NCBI RefSeq assembly: GCF_963921235.1
Contig: NC_086109.1
Coordinates: 30,506,001-30,570,000 of the forward strand
Direction: 5' to 3'
DNA length: 64,000 nucleotides
Origin: Mobula hypostoma
Lineage: Eukaryota
Positions 47,352 through 62,286 of this stretch are shown piece after piece; the first letter of the stretch is position 1; each line of letters starts with the position of its first letter. The translations under genes were made by a program, and so were the position numbers. Below the pieces are notes generated by a model, which saw only the letters and a program-made list of their open reading frames with translations, ran no database searches and was not told the origin of the DNA.

Positions 47352-48450
47352 CTCTCTGTTCACGGCCTTCTCTACTGCCATAATGAGGCTAAACTCAGGC
47401 TGGAAGAGCAACACCTTACATTCTGCCCTGGTGTCAATTTCTTTCATTTCTGGTAATTTCTTCCCCACCACTACCTCCCTCTCCTCTATTCTTCCAATCT
47501 CCATTTGTGGCACCTTCTCACCCTTTCTCTTCTCCTCGCCTGACATAATCTTCCTCTGGTTCTCCTCCTCCTTCCCTTTCTTTCATGGTTCACTGTCTCC
47601 TATTAGGTTCACTCTTCTTCAGCCCTTTATCTCTTTCTTCCACCCATCATCTCCAAAATTCTTGCTTCATCCCCTCCCCCACTCACACGCATTCCCCCTC
47701 ACCTGGTTTCATCTATCACTTTCCAGTTTGTACTTCTTCCCAACCCTCTCTCCCCACCATCACCAGCTTACTCTGGCTTCTTCTCCCTTCTTTTGTAGAT
47801 GTGATGAATGGTCTTGGACTGAAATATTGACTGTTTATTCTCCTTCAAAGATGCTGCATGAATTGTTGAGTTCTTCCAGAATTTGTGTATGTTTCTTAGA
47901 CTTGTTTATTTTTTTCCTTCTCTCTGATATATAATATTAATTTTCAATATCTCTTTTCAAAAAATCTCACTTAGCTTCTTGGAGTATAAACCCTACTTCT
48001 TCAGTTTCTCCTCGTAATTTTTCAGTCATAAAAATGTCCAGTAATTCTGTCTTATATTCTCATCAAACATAAGTGCAGATCACCTAAGGTTTTGCAAATA
48101 AAATTTAGTTGCTCTCATTAGATTCCCCATGTCTTTACAGCAATTAAATACCCAGGCAGCTTTTCCAGCTACAGATGCTAATTACCGCCCACTCGACTGC
48201 CAGAATCGGAAAATGCCAGATTGCATGCTTTAAAGGGAGAAAGTCTTTCAGATCCTTAATTCCATTGGGCCTACGGTTCATCAAGTTATTTTGGGGATTT
48301 GGAATGGTATTTCCAATTACTTTCTAAACATTTAACAGCAAATGAAATTTTGGTGTGATTCATTTAATTGATTATATTAATAAGAATATTTGAAGTTCTG
48401 TTAAATATGTAGCTGGAATTACATTTGCTAATAATTTGGATGACTGTGTT

Positions 48451-48780
48451 CATAGAACATAAAACATAGAACAGCACAGTACAGCAACAGACCCTTCGGT
48501 CCACAGTGTTGTGCCGAACCAAATAAAAAGCAAATCAAAAGCACCCAAACACTAATTCCTCCTACCTACACAATGTCCATATCTCTCTATCTTCCTCATA
48601 TTCGTGCACCATCTAAATATCTCTTAAAAGCCTCTAATGTACTTGCTTCTACCACCATACCAGGTAGCGTATTCCAGGTAACCTCCACTCTCTGAGTTTA
48701 AAAAAAAATTACACCTCAGCATCCCCTTTGAAACTACCTCCACTCACCTTCAATGCAGGCCCTCTGGTATTGGACATTTG
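48451..48780 (-). mobile_element. CR1 3' end
   Basis: CATAGAACATAAAACATAGAA (reversed octamer tail) and the GACCCTTCGGTCC hairpin. Confidence 0.75.
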
Positions 48781-50199
48781 TTTCCTAAGAATGGGAAAGC
48801 ATGTAGCATATCAAATTTAAAAATTCAGTTAACTTGTGACTTCACTTCAGAGTAACTGAAGTATCTCCTGCAGCTCACTGCCCTTGATTTAAATTATATT
48901 GTGAGCAGAATGTCTTTTAAAGTCTGTTATGTTGAAGTGCTGTTTTTCAACATTTGCAACCAATCCTATGTGGTCAAAAGCAAATTTGAAGGAAATTAAA
49001 TGGAAGTAACATTATTTAGAGCCGTTCTGTGGGCTTCTGCAGGAGAGCAAGATCACCTACTCATTGCATGCCTCCCTTAAAATTAGATTAACAGGAGAGA
49101 ATAGAATCAACAAGAATAACGGGATACAACCTGCAAACATCTATTGAGGATCAACAGCAATTATTTTTATTTTAGAAACATTGAAGTAAAGATATTTTCC
49201 CCATATATAATTTGCCAGACTTTTACAAATTGTTTCTCATTCATAAATTAACCAAGAAACAATAAGCAAAAGGAAAGAATTTGGACAAATAAATGAAGTT
49301 GTAGATTATAAAGTTATTTCTAGTTCTATTGTCATGAAGGGCTGTATTATTACAGTACTTATAAAGCTAACTAATGCTCATATGTATTAACATGAAATTT
49401 GGCAGTTTTTTTTTCAAGAGTCATGATTCTACCTTTGGAGTAGGAAATGTAGAAGCTTTTGTTTGAGTTGGCCTGCTCCTTCACAAGCCTTACCTAGCAG
49501 TACCGAGATTTGGCATGGGATTGATGTTTCTAAATAATAACTACCTCTAAAATGGTCTGAAAATGTTAGGACCTGTACATTCTAGAGTAGCTGGTATTTT
49601 TAAAGGAATTCTAAAATGTAATCATTATTATATACAACCTGCCACTGAAAATTAACTTTTACAAGCATGGAACCTCATTGTTGGAGATCTAAAGAATTTT
49701 AAGAATATCACTTTTAAACAAACTGCTCTACTTGCTTTCTGTACCTGGTTTTGCAAATAATTTTATTATTACAAAGTTACAAAGCCTATGGTGAGGTTCT
49801 GGCTACTAACAATTCATCAATCTAATTTATTGAAGCTGACACGTATGAGATGACATCCAACTTAGTAGTCTAATGTGTTGTAAATTTCTGTGAGAAATCT
49901 CAAACTATGTATATGACAACAGATAGTCACATTTGATGTCACTCGTGAAATGCACCTTACTGCCTGTGAAAATGAATTTCAATGTACTAACTGGCATGGT
50001 GATGTTCACAAGAGCCATGTCATAGCTGTACCTTTGCTTCTCTGTTCTGTTGTTCTTCACCTGCCAGATACTCTCTGAATAACAATTAGCCATTGACTGA
50101 GCTTGATCACTCAAAATGGACATGTCTCCTAAACAGCAACACTGTTAGATGATGAAGGAGACAACATGCAAACTACTTGATTTCAGTCTCACGTTCACC

Positions 50200-51340
50200 T
50201 ACCACAATCAGCAGGTCTTTGTCTCACTGCATTTGGAACTACCTGATCTGACACACCAGTCACCTCGTCATTGGGTTAAACAAAATGAATGACTCTGGTT
50301 CAATGGGAAGGACCAAAAGGAGCACATATACAGCAATGGTGAAAGATTAGAATGAAATATTAATCAACTGACACTGCTACACCATCTGCTAACATCAAAA
50401 ATAGCCAGGATGATTAAAACATTCTTCCAGATTGTGTATGGCAATGGGCAACTTAGGAATGGAGAGATGAAAGGGTGTTCCAAGAATATACATAGCTTCA
50501 ACTGCTGGAACCACATGCAAGCAACCAATCCAGCCTCAGGAAGTAGCATTGAGGTCTTACATGATTGCAGCGCAGAATCTGTTGATGCTCCAATTAAGCC
50601 ATTCAATTGTGTTCATAACCCTGGCATCTTTTCACCCATGTGGAATATTGTCAAAATGACCAAATCAACAATCAGCCCATTTCCTCCAAAATCAGCCTTC
50701 TTCCAATGATGTTAAACCTCATTAATAATACACTGAAACAACATGAATTCATCAATCAAGTAAACTATCAATACTTAGTTAAGCCCTGTTGGGGAGAAAT
50801 CATTTCCTGACCTTGTTTCAGTCTTGGTCCAGACACCGATGTAAAGGCTGAATGTCAGACAAAGAGTACAAGTAGCTGTTCTCGATAACAAAGCACTGTT
50901 CGGCAGAATTTATTGCAAAGGAGCACCAGCAAAGCAGAGGCCAGCAGTTGTGAACCACATTGTTGTCAATAGAAGCCAGTCATCGCAGCCTCGGGATATT
51001 GTTGCCAAAGTCTCACTAGAAAGCATGCTTGGCCCAATCAGTTCTCAGCTGCCTCATCAGTGATTTTCCTTTCATCATAAGGTTAGGTGTGCAGCTGTTA
51101 GCTGACAATTCCACAGCGTTAATCTCCATTCACAATGCCTATTTAAATAAAGCAGCCGGTGTCAGCCAGTTTCAGCACTTGGATGGCATACAAGCTTGGC
51201 AGACAAATGCAGGATAATATTTTGTACCATGACCATCTTAATTAAGAGAAAACCAAATTATTTTCTGCGATAAAACCATCAACATTGAGTCACATGCTGT
51301 TAACATACTGGATCTAACCATAGACCAAGAAATGAAATGT
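50200..51340 (+). mobile_element. Very old CR1/L2-group LINE RT remnant
   Basis: Decayed GIFxxMWxI, AVLDxKAxFxR, and SSQPRDIVAxVxxxSMLGP motifs, followed by LADNST. Same family as 62415-63190. Confidence 0.55.
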
Positions 51341-51864
51341 ATATGGTTTACCACGGTTACTTTACCGGATTTATAATCTTGCAGCCTGGAGATATAATCC
51401 AGAAATAGCTGGGGAATGCGATTTAATTTAATAAAATAATAACATGGACTAGAAAGCAGGAAATCTAATTGATGATGAAAGTATCAGAAAGTCAAAAAAA
51501 TCCTTCCAGTACTGAAGTGTTCATTTAAGGTAGGATATCTGCACTTTTTATCCTTTTGAACAACTCTAGGTATAAAGCAACAGGCAAAGTCTGAGGTCTT
51601 CATTTTCCTCTATCCAGCAGAGGCTCGACTGGTGCAATGAAGGAGATGATGAATTTCATCATCAGTTTTACCTTTTCTGCAAGGTGGTCCATCTGACTGT
51701 GGGGGTCAGGAGAACTTTCAGTCTTCTAGCGGTGATCCTCCCTGTCTGAGGCCTGGATTACTTGCAGCAAGCACATCAAATTACTAAAAGGCTACCACCA
51801 CTGTTGTTTCTGCAAAATCATCCAAATTCATTGCAAAGAAAAGCAAATCAACAGTGTTCTTTCC

Positions 51865-53050
51865 TAGGCCAATATCCTTAACGTGAAGGGCACTCAGTCA
51901 CTAGTGACTGGATGGGCCGGATCTATTGCATCCACAACAGTAGACTCCTTTACCAGACATTCTGCTCTGGCAGCTCTGACAGACAGTAAAGATGCACAAC
52001 TGCTCCTCACTCCCCATCATCCTCAACACTGGTGCCCCCCATCCCCAGAGTTGTGATCTGAGCCCAATGTTGTACACTCTGCTCACACCTGACTGCATTG
52101 CCAAACACCCGAGTAATCACATAATCAAGTTTGGCGACGACATGACACATGACAGTGATGGGGCCCATCACCAATGGTGATGACAAGGCCAATAGAGAGG
52201 AGGTGGAAGACCTCCATGCCTGGTGCCAGGTAAATAACCTGTGCCTCAATATCAGCAAGGCATAGGAGATGGTTACTGACTTTTGAAGAACTCACACCAC
52301 CCACACACCTCTTTATATTGGTGGCATGAGCGGTTTCAAACTCCTGGGAGTGCATATCACACACAACCTCTCATGGTCCCAGAATGCATCCTACACAATC
52401 AGGAAAGTTCATCAATGCCTCTACTTTCTGAGGAGGCTGGAGAGAGCTGGACTGTGCACATCTATACTCACATCCTTCTGCAGGTGTGCTGTAGAGAGCT
52501 TCCTAACATGCTGCATCACTGCATGGGACAGAAGCTGCACTGCAGCAACAGGAATGCTCTACAACAGGTAACCAAAATGGCCCAATGCATCACCAGCACC
52601 AGCCTATCTGCCACAAAGAACAGATACACAGAAAGATGCCAGGAAACAGCAGCAACATCATGGATCCCACCCATCTGCTCATGGACTGAATGTCCCAATC
52701 TCATCAAGGAGGAGGCTACAAGGCATCCAGTCGACTCAAAACATTTATTTTCCCCTAGCAGTAAGACAGATCAATGCTTCCTCCCCACCACTGCTCAACA
52801 CATCCCAGCACCACTACTTTATCATTTCCTCTCAGAGTCACCTTATGCACGAACATTCCTGTGCATAGAGTCACTTCATGAATATGCAGCCAATATTTGT
52901 ATATAAACTATCTTATGTATTTATATTTATTTTATAAATATTGTGTTTTTTTCTTCTTTTTCTTGTGCTGCATTGGATCCAGAGTAACAATTATTTTGAT
53001 CACCTTTACACTTGTGTACTGGAAATGACATTAAGCAATGGTGAATCTTA
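51865..53050 (+). mobile_element. Degenerate Rex1/Babar LINE
   Basis: LNTGAP..LSPMLYTLLTPDC..IIKFGDDMT; FKLLGVHIT..HQCLYFLRRL; 3' UTR ending ATGACATTAAGC. Confidence 0.85.
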
Positions 53051-56000
53051 CGTCGGAGGTTACTAGCCTAGACAAATCAGATAATTCAAGGGTGTGGTTA
53101 AAGTTTCCTTGAAGAAATAGAACATCTCTACTGGCTCTTGCATATCTCTTACTCGTGGCTGCTCAAATAGAGAAGGGGGAATTGGAATGATATTGAGAAC
53201 CTCACGTCCATGCATCAGATGTACATGAAGACTACACAGAATAAACAACAGAATGTGTAAACAGCATCATCAATGAACCCCTCCCCCCCCTCATCTTCCC
53301 ACTCAGGCTGGTCTCATGTATGCCTTTTGTTAAACCAAGCGTTAGGTCAGGTGAGAAGGTAGGGACAGGGAGTGGTATGAATGTAGACAGTGATTGAGGA
53401 TAGGCAGACAATGAATCTGGAAGAGAGAGTCAATAATTAATTAAAATTAAATCTGAAATTCATGAGGAAATAACTAGTGAGGTTTTTTTTGTCCTTTTTC
53501 TGTTTTAACCCCTCGACCCTACAATTTCATTTTTCAATCATTTTGAAAATCATTATTGAATTTCCTTCCTCTGTCCTTCTAGATCTTTTGTTCTCCATCA
53601 TAAATAAGAATGTATAAAAACTAAGACTTCTCAATTCCTCCCTGGTTCTTTTGTCAAATATCATAAAGTTTGTCAGTGATTTACTGCCATGAAGGAATAA
53701 TAGAACAGAGGACAAAGGAAATGGAAGTTAATTTGTGAAATAATATCATTATCCTTGTATTCTTGGTTCTTTGAAATGAAAGAGAATATGCAATTTGGCC
53801 AAAATTATCACAGATTTACAATACAATGTACAGTCATTTAAATTCTTAAAGCCTTTCAGAGTTCTCTTTGTTCACTCAGTTACAAATTTTGATGGGAACC
53901 TATTTAAACATTATATTCTTCAGTAAAATTAGAGGTAAGGAAATGATATCATATGCTTTTATTTGTTATATAATGCAAGGTTTAAGGAAGTATGGGTGTT
54001 AAATAGATCCCAGCAGAGCTCAATTTTCATTTTTAGTTCTCTTATGTATATTGGAGGGTTTAAGATATCACATTATTTTGACACATCTTGTGTAAATTTA
54101 TACCGTATAACAGTGAAGACCTTGAATACTGAATATGTTGTAATTTATTTGAGGCTTTTTAAGGGACCCAACTCTATCTGTGACTTTCCCAAGGAGTTTG
54201 GGCATTCAAATTCTTCCAGGAAGGTTATATCTTCAAACTTACACTATTAATGCTTATTCTCTCCTACCCAATATTGCTGATGTCATTGGGGCGTCCTCCA
54301 GGTGGGTTTCATCTTTGAACATTCATTATTAATAATCACACTCAAACCCCCTACCACCCAATTCTGCCAACGTCCTCAGGCATCTTGTGAATTTCGTAAC
54401 ACCAGTCACCCAGACTACAATCACCCAAGTGATTTCTTCACATGTGATCTTCTCCTCAACTGATCTCAATCTTCCCAGCTGATTCTACAGTTTCCTGGCT
54501 TCACCTCTACCGCTTGCAATCTGTTGCCTGTATCATCTCTTCCATTATCTCTATTCTGCAGAAAAGCAGGAAATTATGGAGCAGATATCTTTCTGAGGGC
54601 TGGTAAGGTAGTTGAATCTTTTGTCCTCATATTCCTCAGGTCCCCATATGGAGTCTACAGAGCCTCAACATATCTGGCACATGTCCCTTTCATCTTGCTG
54701 CTTTAATGATTACTACAATATCTAAGCCAATGTTTCTTTGATGAAATATGCAACCTTGTTAAAAGACAAAGCTGCAAAATTTGAGGTCTTGCCAAAATGT
54801 GTTCCAATTGTACTGATCTGTCCTCCTGAGCATAGGGAATGGAGTGCTCATATCAGCTAAAATTACAAGAGTGCATTATGTTTTGAAGCATGGGAACGAG
54901 TCTGTGTCAGTAGGACAGTAGCAAAGGAATAGAAGGGATCTGCGCTTGTTTATTGTGGTGCCAATCAAGCAGACTGCTGTATTTTGGATTGAACTAAGCT
55001 GTAAGTGTTCCCGCAGCTGCATCATTTCGGGCGAGTGGTGAGTATTCCATCATCATCCTAACTTAAATTTTCTGCGGCGGTTTGGAAGTTAGAAATTGCC
55101 CGTTTATCTTCTCAAGATAATTAAACATTTGGAGACCAGATGTTATACAGCATGATACCACTCCCACGACTGTACTTGATTATGAGATACTTGAATGTGA
55201 AGCATCAGCTCACCTATGTGGTAGAGTATAAAGAGCTTTGTATATTTATTAATGTTTACTCTCCTTTAACTTTAATTAAGCACAGTTGTCGAAATTTTAG
55301 TGGTATAGCTAGAAAAAAATCCATGTGGATTCTGAAGATTGGCTTCTAATTCAGGGTTTACATCCCTTTCACAAATGTGAAGGCCAAAAACCTGAGTTAA
55401 TTCACTCGTCATAATTACAGATTACTCTTACAAGGGATTTATCTTAACTGGATAAAAGTAAAAAAAGTAAGTTGAAGCAATGTACCCCCTGCTTCTCCAT
55501 TAGTCACTGACTCCTTTTCAAATCCTATATTTGAAATTTGTACATTAGTTGCATGTACGGAACTAATAAAAAGTAATCTCAACAGTGCAAATTGCCTTGA
55601 TAAGTATGGGACTAATATATGTAAAATCAGTGATGAGGAAACTGCAAATTGAATCATTTCCTATCAGATCATGAATCAGTATGTTTGTATGAGCTAGAAA
55701 TGTCAATTTAGATACAGTAATAAAATATTGAATCTAAGTATTTCCAGCATTTTCTGACTTTTGCCATATTCCAGGGGTTATTCTTGAAGTTTTAGATGAG
55801 TAAAACAGACGCCTAAATTCCATCCTCTCATTGCCCAGGAGGGTCACAAATGCCAACATGGAACGCAAGTCTATTGCTGAACCCAACACATGGCCAAATG
55901 TGCAGATTCTGCTTCTGGGCCATACCCTACGGGAAGGCAGCAATGTAATGACATAGATTGCCTCTGTTTCTTCTTCGTGTTCTTCTAATTCAGTGGGGCC

Positions 56001-57009
56001 AAAGCAGTATGTCTAAGTGTTGGAATTTTTAATATTTTACTATTCACCATGGTCCTCAGGAAATGGTAAATAGCCGTTTACCCATAAATTTGTGATTTAT
56101 GTTATTGCCATTTGTTGCTTTGTACATTGTAAAATAGACTTCCATAGGGACTTAAACACAGAAAATCACAGAGATCAATTGCACAGAATAGAAATCCGAA
56201 AAAAAACACTGGTAACATTCAGCAGGTAAGGCAGCTTCTGTGGAAAAAATATCTCATGGTTCAGTTTGAGGATTGTTGGTCAAAAATGAAAAAGACATGA
56301 GAAAACTAGTTAGTTTTAAGTTGCTGTGGAGATGGATGATGGATTATAGACGGACTGGGCAGACTTTGATTGGATGAGATGTAGGTTGCCATGGTGATGT
56401 TGCTGATGAAGTCATTGAGTTAATGAGAGAAGTAAAAGCCTGAGCCTTAACTCTAATCTGAACCTGAACCCTAACCCCATCTTTAAATTTTACATTTTCT
56501 TCCCGTTACTATTGAATGCCTCTCCTCCATGGTCTGACTCTCAGTGATGGGCTGCTACTTGGTTACACTTTTGTCATAAGAGCATAAAGATTTAGGCAGA
56601 TGGCACTGATAAATCTTCAAGAAACTCTGCCCAGATAGAATGCAGCACCTTTTAAGGCAAATATGGTGAGTCAGTTCATCTTCCATGAATCAAAAGGGAG
56701 GGCCAGAATACAATTCATTTCATGTGGGCCTCTCTGTTCTCCAGCTCACATTTTCTCCTATGTGCATCACTGCTGCAGATGCCAGCCACTTTGTCCTGGA
56801 ACTCTGTGAGTACTTAGAGATCTGTAACCACCACTACTTGTTCTCCCATGTTCATCCACATTATGATCCAGCTTCAACTAAAATACAAATGCAACAATGT
56901 TGGACCTGAAAAGAGAAGGTCCCAGAGACCAGCGAAAATTCTGTAATGCCCAAACCCTGGCTACACAGCTAAGTTATCCGGGTTCTTCCAATCCTGCTGC
57001 CCATCACCG

Positions 57010-57335
57010 AGTCAAAGTCGTAGAACACTACAACGCAGAAACAGGCCTATTGGCCTATCTAGTCCAAGCTGGACTATTATTCTGCATAGTCCCATAGACC
57101 TGCACCTGGACCATGGCACTCCATACCCCTCCCATCCATATACTTATCCAAGTTCCTCGAACCCACATCCACCATTTCTGCTGGCAGCTCATTCCACATT
57201 TGCACCACGCTCTGAGTGAAGAAATTTCCCTTCGTGTTCCCAAATAATTTTCACCTTAACCAATCACCTCTAATTCTAGTCTCACCCAACCTCAGTGGAG
57301 AAAGCCTGCTAGCATGTAACCTACTCATACCCTTC
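57010..57335 (-). mobile_element. CR1-type 3' end
   Basis: AGTCAAAGTCGTAGAACACTACAACGCAGAAACAGGCC tail region and ACCACGCTCTGAGTGAAGAA (reversed FFTQSVV). Confidence 0.65.
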
Positions 57336-57585
57336 ATACTCTTGTATGCCTTTGCCAGGTTACACCAGTCATGACTGTTACCATTTGGTTAACGTCAACC
57401 AAGTTATTGTGCAAACGTTTCCAGACCACCTGGATTATTTGCAGTCCTGTTTCATGGAGGAATTTTGCACAACTTAGTGAATTACAGCTTTGTCTGATTT
57501 CCCACAAGGCTTTTGATCTACCTGTCACATTGCAAAAGAATCCAAATGGATAAAATGCCATTCCAAGATGATACAGCAACTTCAT

Positions 57586-58287
57586 TGGTGGTGTCTTTAA
57601 TGTTTCAGTAACATTTGTGTAATGTTGTAAATATATGGTTTGATTAAGCATTCTTTGTTGTTTACATAATTCATTACAGGTTACATGTAAAAGTACATGA
57701 ATGACATACATTATTACCTCACATCACCATAAGTGTACACCTCACTAGAGTTAAAAATAACACTAAACATACATATTATTCCCAGCTCCGTGTTTTCTTT
57801 CCATTAGTTATATGTTTTGGAGTTATTGAACATAGCAGTGGTGATCGGTAAGTTTTAAAAGGAACTTAAGACAACTAACTACCTGTTGAAGCACTTAAAA
57901 GGAAGCACAACACATTTGTTTCTTTGCAAGTGAAGTGAAAGACAGTTGCGCAAAAAAACAGATGAATTCACAAGTTCAATTTCAGTGATAATAACAATGA
58001 TTTTTTTAAAAAGTAGAACTGGCTGGCTATATTTGAAAGATAGACACATTTGATTACACAACAGATAACTGAATATTGTGAATAGAGCAAACTGAGCAGT
58101 AGTTTGAAGCAAATGAAGTAGCCATCACAAATCCAGTGGCAGTTTTACTGAGTATACTTGGTGGAAGAGCATAGAGTTTGCTTAGAAATTTAACGGCTCT
58201 AACCAAACCAGCCAAAATGAGCTTTGCTGATAATGTGAAAGTAATGCAGGAACATTTAGAACTGAAGTCATTGTTGATTGCAGAATG
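57586..58287 (+). mobile_element. 5' LTR, PBS and gag start of the Gypsy 3 family (3'-truncated)
   Basis: LTR ~57586-57837 is homologous to 38015-38257; gag remnant GGCTGGCTATATTTGAAAGATAGACACATTTGATT matches 38466 onward. Confidence 0.8.
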
Positions 58288-59327
58288 ACACACACAAAAG
58301 GAGGGAGGAGAAGATGGTGGCGCGACGCAGTGCGTGCGGCGTTCTGAATGAATATCATATGTGTTAACTAGTGGGGCCGTGCACAATCCGGATTTGATGG
58401 AGACAGCCGTGAGAAGTACAGAGGAACACCTAGAGTAACTTCTGAAAATGCCCACTTCGCTGCTGTTGCTACTGTGCTATCGAGAATCTCTGGAGGGAAG
58501 GCCCCAAATCCTCGGCTTTGCCTATTGCCTGTTGCTGGAGCCGGGGTCGAAGCGCTCGGCGGAGATGGCACTCGGTGCTCGGTGTCGGAGAGCTGGTCGG
58601 AGGCTCGGCGTTTTCGGACGGACTTGAAGTCAGACTGTGGTCGGATGCTTCCAAGATGCTGCATCGGCAAGTTTGCAGCACTGGAAGTTCACCGTCTACA
58701 TGAGATGATGGGACTTTCGAGAGACTTTGAGATTTTTACTGTGCCATGGTCTGTTCTTATCAAATTACGGTATTGCTTTGCACTGTTGTAACTATATCTT
58801 ATAATTATGTGGTTTTTGTTAGTTTTTAAGTCGGTTTGTCATGTGTTTCTGTGATATCATTCTGGAAAAACATTGTATCATTTCTTAATGCATGCATTAC
58901 TAAATGACAATAATAGAGGACTGCGTGTCCTCATAATCTAAAGATGCTGGAGGAACTCAGCAGGCCAGGCTGCAGCAAGGGAAAAAAGTACAGTCGATGT
59001 TTAAGAGTAGATTTGAAAGGTAGGGGAGTGGAGAGAGAATTGCCAGGCAATAGGTGAATCTTGGAGGGGGAGGGATGAAGCAAAGAGCTAGGATGTTGAT
59101 TGCTGAAAGAGACAGAAGGCCATGGAAGAAAGCAAAAACTGGGGGGGGGGGGTTGTGAAGGAGCACCAGAGGGAGGCAATAGGTGGGCAAGGAGATAACA
59201 TGAGAGAGGGTCAAGGAGATGGGAAATGATGAAGTAGGGGTGGGAGACGTTACTGGAAGGTTGAGAAATCAGTGTTCATGCCATTAGGTTGGAGGCTACC
59301 CAAACGGAATACAAGGTGTTGTTCCTT
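58288..59327 (-). mobile_element. PLE pLTR fragment split by copy C of the 650-bp element
   Basis: ACACACACAAAAG | ATGCTGGAGGAACTCAGCAGGCC rejoin across the insertion; homologous to 1573-2030. Confidence 0.8.
58300..58940 (+). mobile_element. ~650-bp non-autonomous retroelement, copy C
   Basis: GAGGGAGGAGAAGATGGTGGCG head and GTCCTCATAATCTA end; colinear with copies A and B. Confidence 0.85.
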
Positions 59328-59401
59328 CGGTCTTGGAGTGGTGTTTCAGATTTTTGTGCCCAAATAGCTTGATTGAAACTTGAAGGATCAAGTGTGCTAG
59401 G

Positions 59402-60254
59402 TGTTACGAACCCCGTAACTGGGTTGCCAAACCAGCAGAAATGGAACGCTCGTTGGAGTCTGGATTACTAGGAACAAATAAAGTTTTATTAAAGAACTAA
59501 GTAATACAGTACTCTAATCGTAAGGATATAAATGTGACAGGTTAGCAATGATAATACACACATATACACAGAACTAGGGTAATAGGAATCAACCAAACTC
59601 TATCGCAGTCTCGGGGTAAAATGATCAGTCTTAAGTGACGCAGAGTTCAGTTCAGTTTAGTGCAGTTCGCAGTAATCGCTGTTGTGGTACCATTGGAGAG
59701 AGAGAGAGAGAGAGGGAGGGATGCAATTTGGTTCAGTCAGACCTTTGATGTCTTCACAGTTGGTTTCGAGCAGACCCTTTTTTCTGATGCCTTCTATTCC
59801 GCCGTGGTCACGGACTGTGACCCCTCCGTTCCGGATACGAACGTTCTTCCGCGGCGAACCCGGCACCCAGGCAAGCGCAGACACACAAACCAGGTTCCCA
59901 CCGATCGTACCTTTACACCCTGTGAGCCTATGGTCGGTTCCCCCAAACCGGACCTCCAAACTTTTACCAACTTGTGGGGGTACACCGCTCTTTCCAGGGT
60001 CTCGTTATCTTGTGGTCTCGTGGTGTCCCGTGCCTTAGCGAACCTGCTCTTTTTATCCTCCTGCTGGGGTATTGCCTGTCCATCAAACTTCAAACAGTTC
60101 AGGTTCAAAGCAACCGGTCTGTCAATATTCTGAATTGTGTTTCTTTTCCGTTAATCACTCTCTCCTCTCTTATTAGCATTTTGAACATTTCTCCATTGTC
60201 TCTCTTATCTCTCTCATTAGCATCAATCGTCCGACAGCTTGGTTTGGTGTCACA
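59402..60254 (-). mobile_element. Solo LTR (853 bp)
   Basis: TGTTAC...GTCACA termini, 4-bp TSD TAGG, internal (GA)n; related to 41121-41963. Confidence 0.9.
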
Positions 60255-62099
60255 TAGGAATGATTCAGAGAAGATGCCTACTGGGATGCAGAAGTATGCA
60301 AAAGAGTATATTACATCTATTATGTATGAAGGAAGATGTACTGTATTCATATTTGTTTTTCTTGATTAATAGGTGGCACTACAGGTGCCAACATTTTATG
60401 AAAACACTACATCAAATTATATCACTGCCCCCTTGAATTATTTATGCAAAATAACTTGGAGAATTTTGAAAACATTGAGATATCTATGTGTCATTAATGC
60501 AAAATAGGCTATATAGATGGTATTTTTCAGAATTTAAAAAAGATAATTCAAGATGTTTACTCCAGTATAAGCAATTGTGCATCCACAACACAAAATAAGC
60601 AATAATGTTTTACAGTGATTTTCTGACTTTGAGTCTTTTAATTTTAAGTTATTTTTCAACATTTGCCTCGCACAATGTAGAGTATATGTCTGTCAGAGGA
60701 AAATGCCCCTTTTAAATCACACCCCTCATTTTCCATGACCTGCTCTACCTCATTCTAGGTGACAATCATTCTTACAGCTATTATTCACCCAGTAAGCATT
60801 ACATACTCAGTGTTATTGGGTTACAAATATCAATATGAAATTTGAAGGTCAGGTTCTTCATCTAAAATCACAATATTTCCAAAATTACAAAATTGGCTAA
60901 ACCCATTATCCCTGTTAAACAGTAAGACTGCCATAAGAAAACGGTTGCTGAAAATGTGTTGCACGGTGAAGCTGAATTTAGATGTTGTGGTTTAATGTAT
61001 CACTAGGTTTGTGGACCTAAAAATATGCAAGTACTCTCAAACATAAGTTTGCTTGAATAATCTTTAAGTTGCAATCTTGTGATTGTTCTATTGAATGAAA
61101 CCACCTATGGTATTTTGCAGGACTGGGTAGAATAAATATGCATCACCTTATTTGAAATAATTTTCAGCAATCAACATGAACAATTGGCATTAATTTGCTC
61201 CTATTAAATCACTACCTTTGTGTTAACTATGGTGCCTTTACCTTTTTAGTTTAACTGTTTTCATGTCTCCTAATGCCATGAGTTTCTAGATAAATACTTC
61301 AATTGTTAATTCATCTGCAGACTTCTATATTTTTGCAACCTCTTGTTTGAAAATTCATATTTTTTTGATTCATTTTCTTCCTTCAAACATCTTTATTCCT
61401 CAAATATTAATTATATTTCTTTAAACCTTCTTAATTCTTTGAACTACAATCTAAAATATTCTTTCAGCATAGCTGAATTTCTTGAAATCAGATAAAATAT
61501 TCTTGGATGTTTTTCAAACCAAAACATATTTCATGTGATGTCTAACCAGTAATCCACATGATTGCTGTAAAAAAGCAGCTCAACAGTTTTTTTTTGCTGT
61601 TGGTGGACTGTATTTTCACAGGTCATCCTCATATTTAAAACATAGAACTTTACATTTTGTGTTAAAATGAGTCTACAGCTTTATCTCCCATTCATCCTTT
61701 TCTACTGTCACTTTCTACACTCTCCATCACAATTCGCTACACTTTCTCGCTCCGTTTCATCTGCAAAAATGGATAAGTCCCTCTTCGCAAAAGTACATTA
61801 TTTAAATGTATTGATCCCAGGGGAACACCTTTTCCTGCTGGCCATCGATCTTAAAATATTCATTTTGCTGCCATCCTCTGCACCTGCTATACCACAGCTG
61901 CAATCAATTTTTTTTTTTGAGAAACATCATGCATTTTGAGCATGACTAAATGTAAAAATCTACTTTCCATTTTGTCCGAAACTACAACTCATATCAGATT
62001 TAAATAGTGTCATTTTAACCAATAGCAGTTTGGAAAATGACTTCCTTTGGAAGACTGAGGAATGAAATTAATAAATCAAAGTGATTGCTTAACTCTTCA

Positions 62100-62286
62100 A
62101 GACGAGAAAATCTGCAGATGCTGGAAATCCAAGCAGCACGCACAGACTGCTGGAGGCCGGGCAGCATCCATGGAAAAGAGTAAAGAGTTGACATTTTGGG
62201 CCGAGACCCCTCATGACGGCTGTTTACTCATTTCCATAGATGCTGTCTGGCCTGTTGAGTTCCTCCAGCACTTTTTGTGCATTGCA
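62100..62286. repeat. Fold-back PLE pLTR mini-element
   Basis: TGCTGGAGG..GGCAGCATCCATGGAAA ... TTTCCATAGATGCTG..CCTCCAGCA inverted arms around a hammerhead remnant. Confidence 0.75.

Larger units (their letters stand above)
45275..47900 (+). mobile_element. PLE GIY-YIG/pLTR fragment split by a solo LTR and a Rex1/Babar LINE
   Basis: SFQVRRHVTC..GVIYC / FYIGET..GDHFDEHL at 45290-45830; resumes SVHGLLYC..LEEQHL at 47352; pyrimidine-rich pLTR body to ~47900. Confidence 0.8.

Noticed and set aside
47326..47934. 202-aa hydrophobic ORF resembling a membrane protein
   Set aside because: Product of the pyrimidine-rich PLE pLTR; the same low-complexity peptides recur at 1458-1982 and 39382-39724.
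56445..56480. Interstitial telomeric repeat
   Set aside because: Only one exact CCCTAA among a few degenerate hexamers; too short to call.
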